Position numbers and translations under genes: made by a program
Part shown: positions 39,452-52,247 of the stretch, piece after piece
How the letters are laid out: each line of letters starts with the position of its first letter
Numbering within the stretch: the stretch's first letter is position 1
From: Aplysia californica
Lineage: Eukaryota
Direction of reading: 5' to 3'
Length of the DNA: 64,000 nt
Assembly: GCF_000002075.1 (NCBI RefSeq)
Contig: NW_004798227.1
Location: 39,173-103,172 of the forward strand
The notes under the pieces: model-generated
Told to the model about the DNA's origin: nothing
The model's database searches: none
Seen by the model: only the letters and a program-made list of their open reading frames with translations

Positions 39452-42400
39452 AGGTGTGAACGGGATGGGGGGGGTGTGGAGGGATTTTTTTTTCTAAGTG
39501 ACTATTTAAAAATCTCTAGATCTAGCTCTAAAAATGGAATTCGATGCAAAAAATGCTTCCTCCCAGTCCTCGCAGAATGGCAGAATGAAATTATGAAAGG
39601 ATGACGCCTAAATCTCGCAAATAACCAAAAAATCTCGAGATCAGATACCAGATATTAAAGCTCACGTCTCGATTGTTATCATTATAATCGAAAATATTTT
39701 CATAAATGCTGGAAACATTTAGGAACAAGGGTTGGAAGTCAGAAGGGAGGTCATGCTGAACTCAATTCAGAGTCCGAATATAATATTTGTCAATTCGGAC
39801 TCGAGTCCGAATAGTCACTTCGTTTTTAAAATAGTTTTTGCTTTAGGGGTGGCTAAATGCAAAATAGGTTACTGCCAAAGCCGAGCTGTCTTGTTTTCTC
39901 ACAGTAGAAGGCATTTTCAAATGAAGTATAGTCCGGGAACGTTGCCCCAACCACAATTGAGGTATCTGAATATTCAGACATCTAAAAATCTCTAGCTCTA
40001 GAAATTGAATTCGATTCAAAAAATGATTCTTCCCAGTCCTCGCATAACTTGATAATGGCAGAATGAAAGATGACGCCGAACTCTCACAAAAAAAAATCTT
40101 CAGAAAGGAAACTGTCTTGGAGAAATAGAGGTCAAGTTTATTTTCCCGTGTGTTCGGAGAAATAGTCACTTCGTATTCAAATTGTATCATTTCCTGGGTG
40201 CCTTTATAGTCGAAGCAGAGTAAGCTGATTCCCCATTTGGACTTCTCTCTGTTGACATCCACCCCATGGCGCTCTTATGATCTTATATGCAGTTTTGCGG
40301 AGTTGTGAGCACCATAAAACCTTACTAAAAAAAGAGCTTTAGTTTCTGTACCTGTTCCTTCTTTCTTACATTTGGTGTGATCTCCCATTCTAAATTTGTA
40401 GACCCACCTCTGAAATCGATAAAATAATGAGTTAAGCGTGTCCTTCTTCCATCAATTTTTGTGTGCCTACATTTTTGTGAGTGCACATGGTTGGCGGGCG
40501 CTCTGATGTGGTCTGCTCCTTCTTCCCTTTCAAACATTTTCTTTCTTCTCCTCCTTAGTTACTTTGTAGGTTTAACACTTCTCTAATCATAGGCACTTAT
40601 AAATGTATATTATATTTTATGACCGTTTTGTGTTGCAAGTGTTTTAAAACTTCTACTAAAGCTTTACTTTACTTTACTTTTCCGATCCAGCGGCCATTTG
40701 GGTTCTAGCCCTTCGGTCTGTCGATATGGCAAAGAATTGACAGGTTTTAATCAGCTGTGCTTTGTCGCTGTATAGAGTGTTTCCGATTTCTGGGGAGGCA
40801 GGTAGGTAGGTGCTACGCAGGTCACAAAGTGCAGGGCAGTTAAAGAGGTGGTGTGGTACTGTTTCATCCTGGCAGTCGCACAACGGGCAGTTGGGTGGGG
40901 TATCCTTGCTGATCCTATTAAGGTAGGAATTTAGTGGTATGTGTTGTGTTCGCAGGCGAAATAGACTTTCCCTCTCTTTCTCCACCCAATACTTGCACTT
41001 ATTATAGACAGGCACAATTACAGCATAAATAACAGACATCCACAAGAACCAGCAGAAAGTATGAGAATACATGAATTTACTTTAAAAAATTATGCAGTAT
41101 GATTTACAAGAAAAATAGAATACTGTGTAAGCTGAGGGACATGCAAGGGAAAAAAAAAAGTTAAAAAATGAGTTTAAAGTGCTTTTTTATCTTTGATATA
41201 CAGGATCGGATGTGTAGATATCATTTCAGTGCAGGACGCGGAAGGGGAGAATTGTCCCTTTGAAACTGAACTTATTGAGACTTTAACTCCCCTTTTAATA
41301 ATTTCATTATAACATCATTAGCATATCATTTCAGTTCAGGACGAGGAAGGGGAGAATAGTCCCTTTGACACTGATTTTATTAAGACTTTATCTCCCTTTT
41401 TAATAATTTATCTCATTTTAAAGATATTATTTTGACTTTTTTTTCAGGGAATTTAACCAGCGATCAGTTGGTTCGATTGTCCAGCTCAAGTGCTTGTCAG
41501 TTGCTTGAGATGGTCAAGTCCATTATCCCTGAACTTCATCATGGCATGCATAAAGGCCAGGCAGGGAGAGTGGCAATTGTTGGGGGATGTAAAGAGTAAG
41601 TTGAGGTCTGCTTAGATCTTTTTCCAGATTAAAAAGGTTATTTTTCATATTACTGGTTTCTCTACATGACATCATGTAACTTAACTCCTGCTTCCATGGA
41701 CAGATGCTATTGATAGTGTTGTTTAACATAATTCCATGAAATCTGTTTAAAATATTCTGTTCACATTTATTTTCTACACTTGTACTTATCATATTTAACA
41801 AATATGTTTTGTTTTAAATTGCAGATATACTGGTGCACCTTACTTTGCTGCAATATCGGCCCTAAAAGTGGTGAGACTTTTTTTTTTCGTTTGTGATAAC
41901 TAATACTATTTGTTTGATTTATTTTTTGAAATAATGATAGCATTAAATATCTCATATTCAGTGAGGACTGTAAGATGTAAATGACATTGTGCAGCTTGCT
42001 GTCTTTATTTTCCTAACACTTTCCATTTTTTTAACTTAGTATTTGATCGGTACATTTCAATCATTCTGAGCATAAGGGGTAGCGGTAGCTCTTCTATTCA
42101 ATAATGTATTACATCTAGATTAATTTCAATGTTTCTTTGATTGGCTGCTGACAGATGCTGAATACTTAAAGCAAAAAATATAGTGAAACCACCTGCAGTG
42201 GTCTTATACTGTTAGTTAGATATGACACTGTGAGTGGAGAACAATGTTAGGGTCGCGGTTCCTGTATGTGACTGAAAGAAAAAACTGTACTCTGGGATTG
42301 TTCTAATTTCTTCTGAAGCAACAATGGTTTGATAGCTTGTACAAATGCAATTCAGGCTGAAGGGCTAGAACTCAGATGGCCGCTGGATTGGAAAAGTAAA

Positions 42401-45400
42401 GTAAAAAGTAAAGTGTACACATGCTGTTGGACCATTTCATGATAACTGACAAATGTAACACAGAGATTATGACCTACTGAAAAAGTTCTGAGCAGCGACA
42501 GAGCCATTCTTTTCTCTTTCTTTTGTTAGATGCAGCCTTCGTTCAACTTAACAAAAAGAAAAATGAAGAATGGCTCTACCATTACTGAGAAATTTTTTCA
42601 GCAGGTTATCATCCCAATGTAGTTATATAGTTGTGAGCACCGTAAAACTCTCACTAAACTGATTGCTGCATTACATGTGTCGCTTTTGATGGAATGGCCC
42701 TATTGTTTTTCTTAATAATCTAACATCTAAACAAAAGTTGAAAAACAAATTACCAGTCAGCTTGAACAAATTTATGTTTGTTCCTGTAAGTGATACTTGA
42801 TCTGGCTAAGCCTCACATTTTTTCAATGGCATTTTTAACTCTCAACAACTTTCATATTATCGCAAATTTGCTGTGCCATTACCTGCATTCAGACCGAAGC
42901 CTACATGGAAATTAGATTAAACAAGTTCAGTAATGTATATAGGTGTTGGTAAAAGACTCATTAATTTCCTTTTTTAAAACGTAAAAAAACAACAACTGTT
43001 CTTTACAAAAATGATCTGGCCACTGCTCTGTCACTGTGTAACTTATTCTTATTGTTTTCCCAGGGAGCTGATCTGTCTCACGTGTTCTGTACGGGAGATG
43101 CTGCACCTGTCATCAAGAGCTACAGTCCTGAGCTTATTGTTCACCCCATACTGTAAGTACTTTTTATGCACCTGTCATGGTTAGGGTAAACATCAACGAA
43201 ATCATATATATAAATATATATACAGTTAAACCTGCCGTGACGGCCACCTCTATAAGACGGCCACCTGTACAAGGGGCCACTTTCCATTTCCCCCCTTGCT
43301 TTTTTAAATATAATTTAACTGTGTAAAACGGGCACCTGTCCAACGCGGCCGCGACCACCATATTTTAACACACAACCCCTATCCCACTAAGCAATAACAC
43401 CTGTCTTAGATGGCCAGCGTAGTGACTCCCTTACGTTTTGTCATAAAATGTGCATGGCCCCTGGCGTTGTTGGCGAGCCGTCATAATTTAATCACCTGTC
43501 GTTGTTGTTAGGTAGTTCCTCCAACCGATCACGTTGTGTAGGCCCCTCCCACTGTTGACCAATAGCTACCAATTTTCAGCTGCTGGTGAGGTAAGCGTGT
43601 GATGCCTCATAACCCATAAGCCCCGCCCAGAACTCGTACACAAATCGTAAGTGAGATGAGTGGTCACTGTTTACCCAGTGTGTAACAAAGTAACAAAGGA
43701 CATCAACATGGACTTGTACAGAAGCGTCGCTCGTTCTCCGAGTGGTGGCGACCCATGTGTTTGTAAGCTTTAACATGACACTCGGTCTTCCTCGTCTGAT
43801 ACATTTCGTTTTATTGTCACCCTTGAGCAAAATCAGCAACAAAATAAAAATTACAAACAAAATACAAACCGACAACAACAACATAAAAAAACAACAACGA
43901 TTCGGCTATTTTCGTTTGGGACCTCAAATGGGAATGGTTTGTTTTCTTCATCTTGATCAGTCCTTAAGACGGCCAACTGTCTGATACGGCCACTTCTCTC
44001 CTTGACAATGGGGGGCCGTCTTACACAGGTTTGACTGTATATATGTACTAGAAGTCATTGATACTTTATGTCCACTAGTATTTAGAGACAAATGGAATGA
44101 GAAATGAAAGTGAGATAACTTTAAAAGATACAACTGAAATTGTACAGGATCACCACCTATTTGAAGGAGAAAAGTGGCTGTCTTGGACAATTTCATTATA
44201 GAAAAAATGATGAGTAGTCTTTTATACAGATGATTGTCTTTGATAAGTGGCTGTTAGAGTGTGTTCAACTGTAGGTTCAGTTTGTCAAATGTAACTAAGG
44301 TGCTAATCTAATGGGTTTTAGTGACAGAGATGGGATGGAGGAAAAGTAATCTCTTGCCTTGTCTTACTGAGTCGAAAAGGCACTCTCTCTTGTGAACTAC
44401 AATTTGTATTTAGTATGCGGATGTGTGCCTTGAAAGTTGAGCGTCTTGATATTATTTTGCCTCTGAATCGTTTATATGGTATTTTTCTTTAAGAAAAATT
44501 GTTCCAGTAAAATAAAAAGAATATAAATTTTTTGTGCCTGCAAAACTGCAAAATAGAATTGAATAGGCTGTTGCTTCTAAATAAAGAGAGGGATAACGTG
44601 GAAATAGATTGTAGTGTATATGATCTGTACTGTCTCCGGTGAATATTTTCAATGCTGAGCATATTTTTACCCCTTTGTACAGAGATAACAACAATGTCCT
44701 GAGTGAGCTGTCCGAGTGGCTGCCTCGTTTTCATGTGCTTGTCATCGGCCCAGGCCTCGGGCGAGAGGAGCAGCTGATGAAAACAACAGCTGTAAGTTTG
44801 TAGCTTGGTTTTGCACGGTGATAGGATTTCCTGGATTTCATTGCAAAAAGAGTCACCATATATTATATTCGCCTATAACACGACCTTGTGTTTTATTTGG
44901 GTGGTATAGGCCTACTTAGACTCCAAAAGTGGCCCATTTTCGTAGGTTGTGTGTGCAATATGTGGTCAATTTCTGGCATGCTTGAAATTAAGTACTAGTT
45001 GGCATGAAGCTGGCTGTGTATCTTTCTTTCTTCCTTTTAAGACTGGCCTGCATGACTTTAAATGCCAGTAGTAGAAGGAAAAACTACTCTTCAGTGGTCA
45101 GTTGCTCAAAATATTAGTTATTGTTCAATGAAAAATCCATTTAGTATTACATCCCCTTTGTGAGGCCCTATCCTGGCTGTATGTCATGCGTATGATACGG
45201 GGGGGATACTTTTGGACCCTCATTTTATAGATGAGTGTATTTTGGTAAAATATTTGATGTAATACGTCTTTGGTCAAATCAGTGTCACGTAAATGTGTTA
45301 TAATTGGTATAAGATATAAAATAATTTCCTTGAACCGTGATCTGATGCATTTAGATATTCATTAAAGTTTTTATCCTTTAGTTTCATCCTATCTAATGTT

Positions 45401-48400
45401 TATGTTCAGATCTGGTTGTCTCGGAAAAAATGGACAATACAAAGAGGCATGAAAAGCACATTATTATGCTGACTTATAACATGTTGTGATAAACCCCACC
45501 CCACCCCACCCCTCCAATGATGTAGACTTCCAAGGGATCGTTTTAGTGTTTTACTCGATTGATCCTGAAATGTCTCTCTCGCCACCTGGTTAAAGAGGAA
45601 GATAAGGAGGCACAGGCCAGTACTGCTGTGGAAATGATGCTGGTTTTTGGAGTACAGAAAGGAAGCAGGAATTCTGGCACCCTTGCAGGAAAGAACAGAA
45701 AAATATTCAACCATATATGCACTGGCACAATCAGTAGAAAGACCCTCAGAAGCATTTTGGAGAGAGCAACGGAGCATCAATGAATATGTACAAAATGCAA
45801 GGATGTTGCTTCCTGAAACAGTGAACTATGAACAATGAACTCTATTGTATCGTCATGTATGTAACTGCAGACAAATCATTAGAGCAGCTTTTCCTCTTGG
45901 TGATTCCATTTCTTTCTTTCACAGGCAGTGATTCTAAGAGCGAAGGAAAGACAGTTGCCCTTAATTATTGATGCAGTGAGTATTGTCTCTTATTGTTTTG
46001 CTTGTCTCATGTAAACTCATATCTTGTTACATCTCCTTCTGAGTAAAATTGGTGGGTGGTTGGCAGGTGCTGTGATGTTGTTGATCCTTTCCTATCAAAC
46101 ATTTATCGTCCTTATCTCTCCTCCTTCTTTTCTTTGTATGATACTCTCTAGTAATTCCTCTATCCTTCAGCACTTATATGACCTGTTTGTCACAATTTGT
46201 TTTGCAAGTACTGTTAAACTCTTTTACTTAAACTTAAAAAGACTGAATTGCAATATTTCATCCAAATTGGTGAAATGTAGTCCAACGAAATATTTAGATA
46301 TGATCTTTGAGAGATGACTTATGCAGGAGGAGTATGTAAATACATTTCCTCCAAGGCCACTGAGGTCTGACTTGGTATGAACAGAGTTAACACACAAGTG
46401 TACGCCCACGACTTGAAAAGGCCTCATACATAGCCCTTTTGTGTGTAGTTTTTGTCTGTTTGTTGATGTGGTTTTAAAAATGTTTTTGTTCTATGTTACA
46501 GGTTCTTTTGTTGTATATGGTTGTGCTGTCTGCCAGTCTGTCTGATCAAGGAAGGAGAACCTGCCCTCCCCCTCCCCACTTTTGTCCTTCCCTCTCCTCT
46601 CCCCCCTTTCCCCTCTCTACACCCATACTTTTCCCCCCTCACACCCCCTCCCCACCTCATAGAGGTTGTATTTTGTTTCAGGATAATTTTTCTGAGACTG
46701 ATTTCTTTTCAGGATGGGCTGTATTTGGTCACCCAAGACCCTTCCATCATCTATGGCTATGATAATGTGATACTGACTCCCAATGTTGCTGAGTTTGGTC
46801 GGCTTTACAAGAAAATTGTAAGTGAAAGAACTGTTTACTCAAACATTATGATACTATAAATTATGGATCTTTCTTTCAATGATGGTACGCTATTGTCTGA
46901 TTTAGTTTTCTGTTTAGAGAATGTTGTGTATTTTCTTTTTCTTTGTTTTCAAGTAGAAAAGACTGATGAGTGGATTTTTCAGTTGGTTTTTGATACGAAA
47001 ATTAAACACAATCCTGACCCAGACTTCAAACCTCTTTTCCATGTTCTGTGTTATTAGTTTTGATATTGTGCAGGTAGTTTGAAGGAGCACTGGACGGTCC
47101 AACTTGTTCAACACCCGCTCCCTCCTGTCTTTGATAGTTTTTCCCTTGACTAAATAACAGTTATTGTGTGTTTTTAAAAATACTTAAATAGGTGAGTGGT
47201 TCGTGGATACTCAGGTGTAGTTTGATTCATTTTTCACATGGAAGATCTGTCACCCTTGGTTGGTTGGCGTGTGCTCTGGTGTGGTTTGCTCCTTCTTTCC
47301 TATCAAACATCTGTCGTCCTGATCTCTCCTCCTTTTTTTGTGTTTGTTACTCTCATCTAACATCTGTAATCTTCGGCACTTATATGACCTTATTGTGCTT
47401 CAAGTGCCGTAAAACTCTTACTGAAACAAAATAAAAAGATCTGTCGTCCTTATCTCCTGTTCTTCGTATGTTACTCCTCAGTAATACTTCTAAACCTCAG
47501 CATTTATATCACCTGTTTGTGTTGCAATCGCTGCAAAACTCTTACTAAAACTGAACGAAAGCTATTATCCTTTTTTTTTGTGTCTTTCAGTTCTCTCGTG
47601 ATCCAGATCCCCAAGAGTCTGTGACGAATGTGAAGCAGCTGAGCAGAGAGATGGGGAATGTCACCATTGTACAGAAAGGTGCCCAAGACATCATCTCAAA
47701 TGGAGAACATGGTGCGTGGGACTATTTCACGTCTTCAGGAATTGTGTTTGTTTAACGTTCATGTGTGTCTAAGTCACTTGTCTGATAAGGACGTCTCTCT
47801 TCAGTGTGATTGTAAAGGGTTCAAAATTTTTTAATGTCTCTATCAACATAATTTAACTCTAATGGAATGTGGACTGTTACAACCCTGCCTGCCAGGACCT
47901 ACCCGGGCTGAGTGTGATAAAGCATCCCAGCAGACAGATGGAGATAATCGAGAAAAATACTTCTTCACTCCTGAACCAAATTCTGGTCTTCTGTGTGTTA
48001 CAGTGAAGAGCCTAACTGTTGCACTGCAAATGCTGGTTCTCTGTAGTGTCTAGTTTCTTTGTTGTCTGGCCCTGTCAATGTCTTTGTCAATAAATTGTTG
48101 GTTTTGTCTGTCCTTGATAGTCTTTACTAAAAATATACCTATCTTTTAACTTGACAGAGCGTACTTTTAAAAAACAAGCTGTTTGATGTTGTTACATGAT
48201 TTGCTGATGATATAAGTTCCATATCTGTGCTAGTTTTCACATTTACTTTCACCTTAACTGGCACACACATGTTCACATTTGGATTGCTTAAAGCTCCACA
48301 TTTACCCCCCCGGGGCAGTGCCACTGACAGAAGTGTCTTTAGGCCATTCCCAAAGGTGGGACATTTCTCGTTCTAATGCACAGTAGAATTGTAAATGGGC

Positions 48401-51400
48401 TGATCCAACAATATCATGCTCATAACTGTGCCTGAACTACGACAGGGAAATGCTGCTTTTTCTTTCCCAATCCTTTCTATCGTCATTTTCCTCTACTTCT
48501 TTTGTATGTTTGTCACACTCTTGTGACCTGCTATTTCCGGGGTGCCTTGATAGTCGAAGCAGACTTTGTGCTTTTGAAGCTAGAGAGGTGAGCAGAGTAA
48601 GTCTGATTCCCTATAAGGACTTCTCTGTTGACATCCACCCCTTGGCGCTCATATTACCATATGCAGCTGCGAGTGCCGTAAAACCGCTACCAAAACTAAA
48701 AAACTAAAAAAGCCACCAGAGATAGCCTTCTTTCCCCTTCTCTGCTGAATTCTCCATCTCCTGCTACCCTTCTAAACCTCTGACCTCAATGATAATGGTG
48801 ATGTAAGATGTAGGTGGTCTGCCTCTTTTCCTTCTGCTTTCAACATTGCCATGGAGGACACCTTGAGAAAGATGGTATTGATCGTTTTCCTTTCCTGTTT
48901 TGACAGTCCCGGTATGCACAGAGCCAGTATCTTCCATTTGTAAAGAAAGGTGACATTGATTTTTTTCTTTGCTTCTTTTGACAGTCTTGATGCACAAAGC
49001 CCAGCAGTGTGGGTGGTTGGCGGGTGCTCTGGTGTGGTTGGCTCCTTCTTTCCTATGAAACATCTATCGTCCTAATCTCCCCTCCTTCTATTTTATGTTT
49101 GTTGCTCTCTTGTAACACCTCTAATCTTCGGCACTTATATAAGGCCTTATTGTGTTGCAAGTGCCGTAAAACACTTACTAAAACTAAAACTAAGCGCAGC
49201 TGTCCCCAACTACTTCTCAGTGTCAACTAGAGTCTAAAGGTTCAATACAAAATGATAGTATATTGAGAATAAAATTGTACTGGTGGTGAGTCCGTGTTCT
49301 TCTTCTTTGCCTTGAGAGGCAGATAGCATTGATTGCTTCCCTTGCTTCTTTTCACAGTCCTGATATGCACGGAGCCCTGTAGTCCCAGGCGATGTGGTGG
49401 TCAAGGTGACCTGCTGTCTGGCTCTATGGGGACTTTTTCTGTGTGGGCAAGCATGGCTGGGGAGAGTCAGCTCCAATGGTCAGTTTCTATTGAATATGAA
49501 ACTTTGATATGTGGTATAGTATAGCATTGCATAGCTGCCAACCAGTATGTGAAAAAAAAAGCATTTGATATGTTTTTGACAATCTGAATATGGAAGTCCG
49601 TTTTAGTATTGGAAAATACATACAGTAGTTTCCGTCTAAACGCACGGTGCTCGGGAGGGCTCCTTAGCGTGTGCTTATACGGAGCGTGCGTTTACATGAA
49701 CCTCAGCAAAGGGACGCAGTCTTCTCATTGTCTTGATATACTAGTTACCTCCCTTTGGGGTGGGGGTCAATTTGGCCGATAATGTGACGACACGTGACTT
49801 TTTTGTAAAAGATTCCCCGACTGCGGTTAAGACTGTAAAGACGTTGAATGGGTGTGTGGGGGGGGGGGGGGGGGGCAGAAAGACAGACTTGATGTAATGA
49901 ATGAACCATAAAATGTCGGGAACCAATAGCCTGAAAAGAAATTGTTGGTGATAGTCATAGAGACGACAGCCCAGCCACGTGGCTTTCCAAGCGACCAGCC
50001 CCGACTGTAAATTCATGAACGAGCATTCACACGTGTTGCGCATCATAGGCTTAGGTCTAACTTAACATTAGCCAACACGCAGTCTCTCAAACACCAGTCA
50101 GAAACCTTCTCTCAAAAGAGATGCATTTCCAGTGACCAGTCAAATAACGTTTCAGTCCCCCCCAACATTTCACCGACCAGACCTATTCTATGTGTCAGTG
50201 GAAAGTTGGGTGTGAAAACGCTGTCCATCACTCTCTTTGTTCGGCGTAAGGGGCTTGTCGTAGTTAAAAAATTTCCCTTAGTCAAGCCTTACCTGTCTGC
50301 GTGTTTCGCAGGTCAGAGCCTGTGTTTAGAGGGAGTGACCGTGCGTTTGTACGTCTAAATTATATAGTAAAAAAAACATCAGAAGACGAAAGCGTGCGTT
50401 TGAGCGGAGCGTGCTTTTGTATGGCGTGCGTTTAGGCGGAGACTACTGTACTCTTTAACCCCCCCCCCCCAAAAAAACCCAACAAAAAAACATTCTTGTT
50501 TTGCTCTTCATGGATTTGCTGATACTGAAGAATAATTATGAACTTTGAAGACCGGATTTGTGAATGATAATGAGAACAAAGCCCATGAATTGACTGCTAT
50601 GGAATACGCTTTTATTGTTTCCCCCCCCCCTCCCCTTTTAATCCTGCAACGTTATTTATCCAGCAAGACTTCAGAATATAATGTGCGTCTCCTGCTGAAA
50701 ATTAAACTTTGATGTTCAGTGTGATATGATGCGGGTTTCGTGCCCCTTTCAGCACTGTAAGGTTAATTGAGAAGCAAGACCGAATTTAATATCTATCCTC
50801 AATGGGACGGGGCCAGGTAGGTGGAGAGCCTTGAAAACTCCCCAGACTATCCAATGTTAAGAATACCCTGTTGGGGATTCGAATCTGGTAATCTGCATCA
50901 TGATCCAGCACGTTGCCAATTAAGCTGAAGGCTTGCCTTTGATATGCTACATGACATTGGATTGTTGTGTGTTGCTGGTATGGTTGGTGGGCTCTCTGGT
51001 TGGGTCTGTTTCCTGTATTATGGAACCTTTTGAGGAGGGTACCTATCCTGGTGGATTTATCCTATTGAAGAAAAAACAACCTTTAAGAAGTTTTGTTTTA
51101 CTGACAAACAAGTGCTCTGTACAAAAAAAAAGAAAAAAAGTAGTGCCCTCCTCTATATTCTGCTTTTTGTACCTTATGAATAGTTTTATTTTTCAAATGA
51201 TTTGTAATTGTTAAGTGATATTGTAATGTGGCTCCCTTCTCTGAAGTTCAAATTTTGAATCAAATAGGAAAAGAACTGGCTTTTCCTTTTCTAAATTTAT
51301 TATTTTTTTTGGTTCAGAATATAATCTATCAAATCACTTTCATTATGTAAAGTGAGAAATGTTCCTGTTGTCTCACCAGCTCTCTTGTGTCCACGTACGG

Positions 51401-51542
51401 CCGAGGTATGTGTGCTGCATACGCCGCCTGTCTCCTCACCCGTCGCTGTAACTCTCTCGCCTTCAAAAGCCATGGCCGCTCAATGACAACGACGGACATG
51501 ATTAGCCAGATCCATTCTGCATTTGAGGGCCTTTTCTCATGA
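39127..51542 (+). CDS. NAXD: ATP-dependent (S)-NAD(P)H-hydrate dehydratase (CARKD), ~341 aa, 10 coding exons
   Basis: Exons 39127-39199, 41448-41595, 41825-41870, 43064-43152, 44683-44791, 45925-45975, 46713-46817, 47591-47711, 49358-49478, 51380-51542, all phase-compatible. Motifs: [117 protein letters not shown]. The first exon ([17 protein letters not shown], presequence-like) is less certain. Confidence 0.95.
40661..40975 (-). mobile_element. 3' end of a non-LTR retrotransposon (I/Nimb-like) with C-terminal CCHC knuckle
   Basis: [41 protein letters not shown]; (GTAAA)n tail; an inverted tail copy lies at ~42357-42413. Confidence 0.85.
41214..41410. repeat. Diverged ~105-bp tandem duplication upstream of NAXD exon 2
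   Basis: ATATCATTTCAGT.CAGGACG.GGAAGGGGAGAAT.GTCCCTTTGA.ACTGA...CCCTTTTAATAATTT occurs twice. Confidence 0.85.
43223..44037. mobile_element. Tigger/pogo-type MITE, long copy 2 (NAXD intron)
   Basis: Same TIRs and internal sequence as 36575-37433. Short relatives at ~450-630, 22843-23035, 25815-25981 and ~44110-44272. Confidence 0.9.
49008..49195 (+). repeat. Representative of an abundant ~180-bp SINE/LINE-3'UTR repeat
   Basis: GGTGGTTGGCGGG.GCTCTGGTGTGG..CTCCTTCTTTCCTATCAAACATC...GGCACTTATATGACCTTATTGTGTTGCAAGTGCCGTAAAAC..(ACTAAA)n. Copies near 11285, 11535, 13255, 16415, 28645 (-) and 26175, 40485, 46050, 47258, 47440, 48445, 59800, 60050 (+). Confidence 0.8.
49623..50448. mobile_element. 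Tc1/mariner-type MITE
   Basis: TA-flanked TIRs CAGTAGTTTCCGTCTAAACGCACG...CGTGCGTTTAGGCGGAGACTACTG; a related end sits at 23945 inside the hAT element. Confidence 0.85.
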
Positions 51543-51945
51543 TGGAGGGAGTGAGGAAGATCTAACCAGAACACTGACCCCAATTATGTTGCATCCAAAA
51601 TCTGCTATAAAGTATCACTGTGTTACTATTTTGACCATATAGTGCATTTAACTAGAGTAACGGTAATGTTTACTGCATTTATGTATGCATTATTTCACCA
51701 ATGCTAATCTAGACTGCCGCATATTGTCGCTGTCACAAGCAATCCACTTAAGTCCAAATTTTGAGCAATTTTAGATTTTTATACTCTTCCCAAAGCTCTA
51801 TCAAAAATTCACCTTTCAACATCACCAAAATGCTGTTTAATGCTACAGTCAACACGTCAAGGCTTGAATTTTTTTTGCTTTTCATGATTCCTGACGAGAA
51901 CAACACAATAAAAACTAGTATTTTTGTCTCTGGTGTAAAAAGTAT

Positions 51946-52247
51946 CTTCTTCTTTTTCCCTTTTGAGTTTACTGAGGTATCATTACCCCCAGATGAAAAG
52001 ATGGACGAAAAAATAGGCTTCTTGCTGCCATCCTGGTAAGCAACACAGAGCAAGTTTCCTTTCCTCATCTCGAACACATTCTTATTCCACAGCCTTGAAT
52101 TTACCCCAAGAGCTGGCACACCAATCCTATTTTTCCTCACAGTTCCTGTTGCTGTTGTCTGCTTCTCTTAACAGGCCTGAAAGAAGTTTTGGTAAAGGGA
52201 ATTAATTGTCAATCACTAGATAGTGTCCCAGTTTGAGGAGGTTGGAT
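51946..52247 (-). pseudogene. piggyBac transposase fragment A (second catalytic Asp region)
   Basis: LLKLGHYLVIDN*F..(frameshift)..TTATGTVRKNRIGVP...KGNLLCVAYQDGSKKP. Confidence 0.8.

Noticed and set aside
51715-51900. Apparent YqaJ/PHD-like peptide (VER..FD..WEE, KWIACD) on the - strand
   Set aside because: The sequence is a copy of the non-coding MITE at 22010-22264, and WIAC falls in its TIR, so the match is coincidental.
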